Of a DNA stretch of 64,000 bases, positions 62,597-64,000 are shown in pieces. The stretch's first letter is position 1. Every line of letters starts with the position of its first letter. The translations under genes were made by a program, and so were the position numbers. The DNA is from Felis catus (Eukaryota). The stretch spans positions 19,346,001 to 19,410,000 of the forward strand of contig NC_058368.1 in assembly GCF_018350175.1 (NCBI RefSeq), in the 5' to 3' direction. The notes beneath the pieces are model-generated. The model made no database searches. It was not told the DNA's origin and saw nothing but the letters and a program-made list of their open reading frames with translations.

Positions 62597-62800
62597 TTTT
62601 TTTAATGTTTATTTATTTTTGACATAGAGAAAGAGAGACAGAGTGAGTGGGGGAGGGCAGAGAGAGACACAGAATCTGAAGCAGGCTCCAGGCTCTGAGC
62701 TGTCAGCAGAGCCCGATGCGGGGCTCAAACTCACGAACCGTGAGATCATGACCTCAGCCAAAGTCAGATGCTCAAAATGACTGAGCCACCCAGGCACCCC
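62597..62800 (-). mobile_element. Carnivore SINE
   Basis: Reverse-complement SINEC ending CCACCCAGGCACCCC. Confidence 0.87.
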
Positions 62801-62925
62801 AGTATTTTTACTTTTCAACTGTAAATATGATTGTGGGGAAGAATGTTGATAATTAAATGACATTATGGCAATGTCTATAGAAAAGCATATTCCACATCTT
62901 TAAATTCTCTGCTTTAAATTTTCAG

Positions 62926-62998
62926 ATCATCACAGAATATGGTGAGCAGGTATTAGAAGAAACCAAAAATTCCAAGCATAGTACACCAAGAAAAAAAA
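62926..62998 (+). CDS. NEK3: NEK3 coding exon 9
   Basis: tttcag|[30 protein letters not shown] + 1 nt|gtaag; ends in an A8 run. Confidence 0.92.
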
Positions 62999-63569
62999 GT
63001 AAGAATTTTGGACAGCTTATTTTTTGCTCGGTGTTCTTTTAAAATGTAGTATAACAAAAAATAAAAATATGATTTTCAAGTTACTGGAGACAATTTCAGA
63101 GATACTCCTAAAAGTCAAATTTTTCTCATTGCTATTTCTGATGTAATTCTGTACTGACTGTTATATATTTAGTTTGCTAGGAATCAAAAAGCCTAGTTTG
63201 GAGATTTTAGGGATGTGAAGATTGTTCTCTGTTTCATTATTAGTACCAAGTTTACTTTGGTCAGGTAGAAGGCTTCTGTGGGCTAGCCTAGGAATACAAC
63301 CATGAAAATACAATGTTAATCTTCTAGGAAATTATCCCCAAGTTTCCAAAGAATCATCTGGTAACCAAAATTTTAAAAACAGCCTTTTTCGGAAGTTGGA
63401 ACTGTGCACATAATGGCTGCACAGAATTTCCATACATGTTTAGTCAATCCTGAACAAATCTCAAATGTAATTTATTGTCTCTTTGGAAATTGTCATCTCT
63501 TAATTTTTGCAAAGCTATTATTGTCCCTTTTATTTAAAAAAAAATTTTTTTTAAGTAAACTCCATGCTT

Positions 63570-63799
63570 GGGGCGCCTGGGTGGCGCAGTCGGTTAAGCG
63601 TCCGACTTCAGCCAGGTCACGATCTCGCGGTCCGTGAGTTTGAGCCCCGCGTCGGGCTCTGGGCTGATGGCTCAGAGCCTGGAGCCTGTTTCCGATTCTG
63701 TGTCTCCCTCTCTCTCTGCCCCCCCCCCCCACCCCCCGTTCATGCTCTGTCTCTCTCTGTCCCAAAAATAAATAAAAAACGTTGAAAAAAAAATTTTTT
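63570..63799 (+). mobile_element. Young felid SINEC_Fc-type SINE nested in an older antisense SINE
   Basis: TSD AAGTAAACTCCATGCT at 63553-63568 and 63800-63815; the host SINE continues to ~63892. Confidence 0.92.
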
Positions 63800-64000
63800 A
63801 AGTAAACTCCATGCTCAATGTGAGGCTCGAACTTATGACTCTGAGATCAAGACTTGTTGTATGCTGTGCCCACTAAGCCAGTCAGGTGCCCCTGTTTTTG
63901 TTCCTTTTTATTTATCATCAGTGACTCAGACCTTCCATCTGATGAGATCCAACGGATGATAGCTATGACTGGAATAAGAGAGGAGAGAAATAGAAATAGA

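Larger units (their letters stand above)
48880..64000 (+). other. NEK3: NEK3 gene (NIMA-related kinase 3), 5' part; continues past the right edge
   Basis: Coding join(51792-51908,54024-54117,54205-54302,56232-56315,56888-56955,57040-57126,59191-59245,62088-62288,62926-62998) is in frame, with [29 protein letters not shown] and SDIWSLG kinase motifs. Confidence 0.95.

Overview
Mammalian nuclear DNA from a cat-family genome, judged by the many carnivore tRNA-derived SINEs, including young SINEC_Fc-type copies. Three spliced protein-coding genes are supported exon by exon. VPS36 is on the minus strand (coding exons 1-3; the gene runs off the left edge). CKAP2 is on the plus strand and complete (9 coding exons, 682 aa using the most upstream exon-3 acceptor). 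NEK3 is on the plus strand (a probable non-coding first exon plus 9 coding exons covering the kinase domain; it runs off the right edge). Each gene starts in a CpG island. The ~17.7 kb between the divergent VPS36 and CKAP2 starts, and most introns, are nested L1, L2, LTR, SINE and DNA-transposon sequence, and nearly all other ORFs in the track are repeat-derived or chance frames. I found no convincing new multi-gene system. The most notable local structures are: a 351-bp tandem duplication of the probable CKAP2 poly(A) region; an 84-nt stop-free, in-frame NEK3 intron inside the kinase activation segment; an L1 inserted into another L1 at the homologous ORF2 position; a young class-II-like solo LTR with a 6-bp TSD upstream of CKAP2; and a near-perfect 4x66-bp intronic repeat carrying GTAAGT. 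Gene and repeat names come from remembered sequence similarity, not database searches; repeat boundaries without a stated TSD are approximate.
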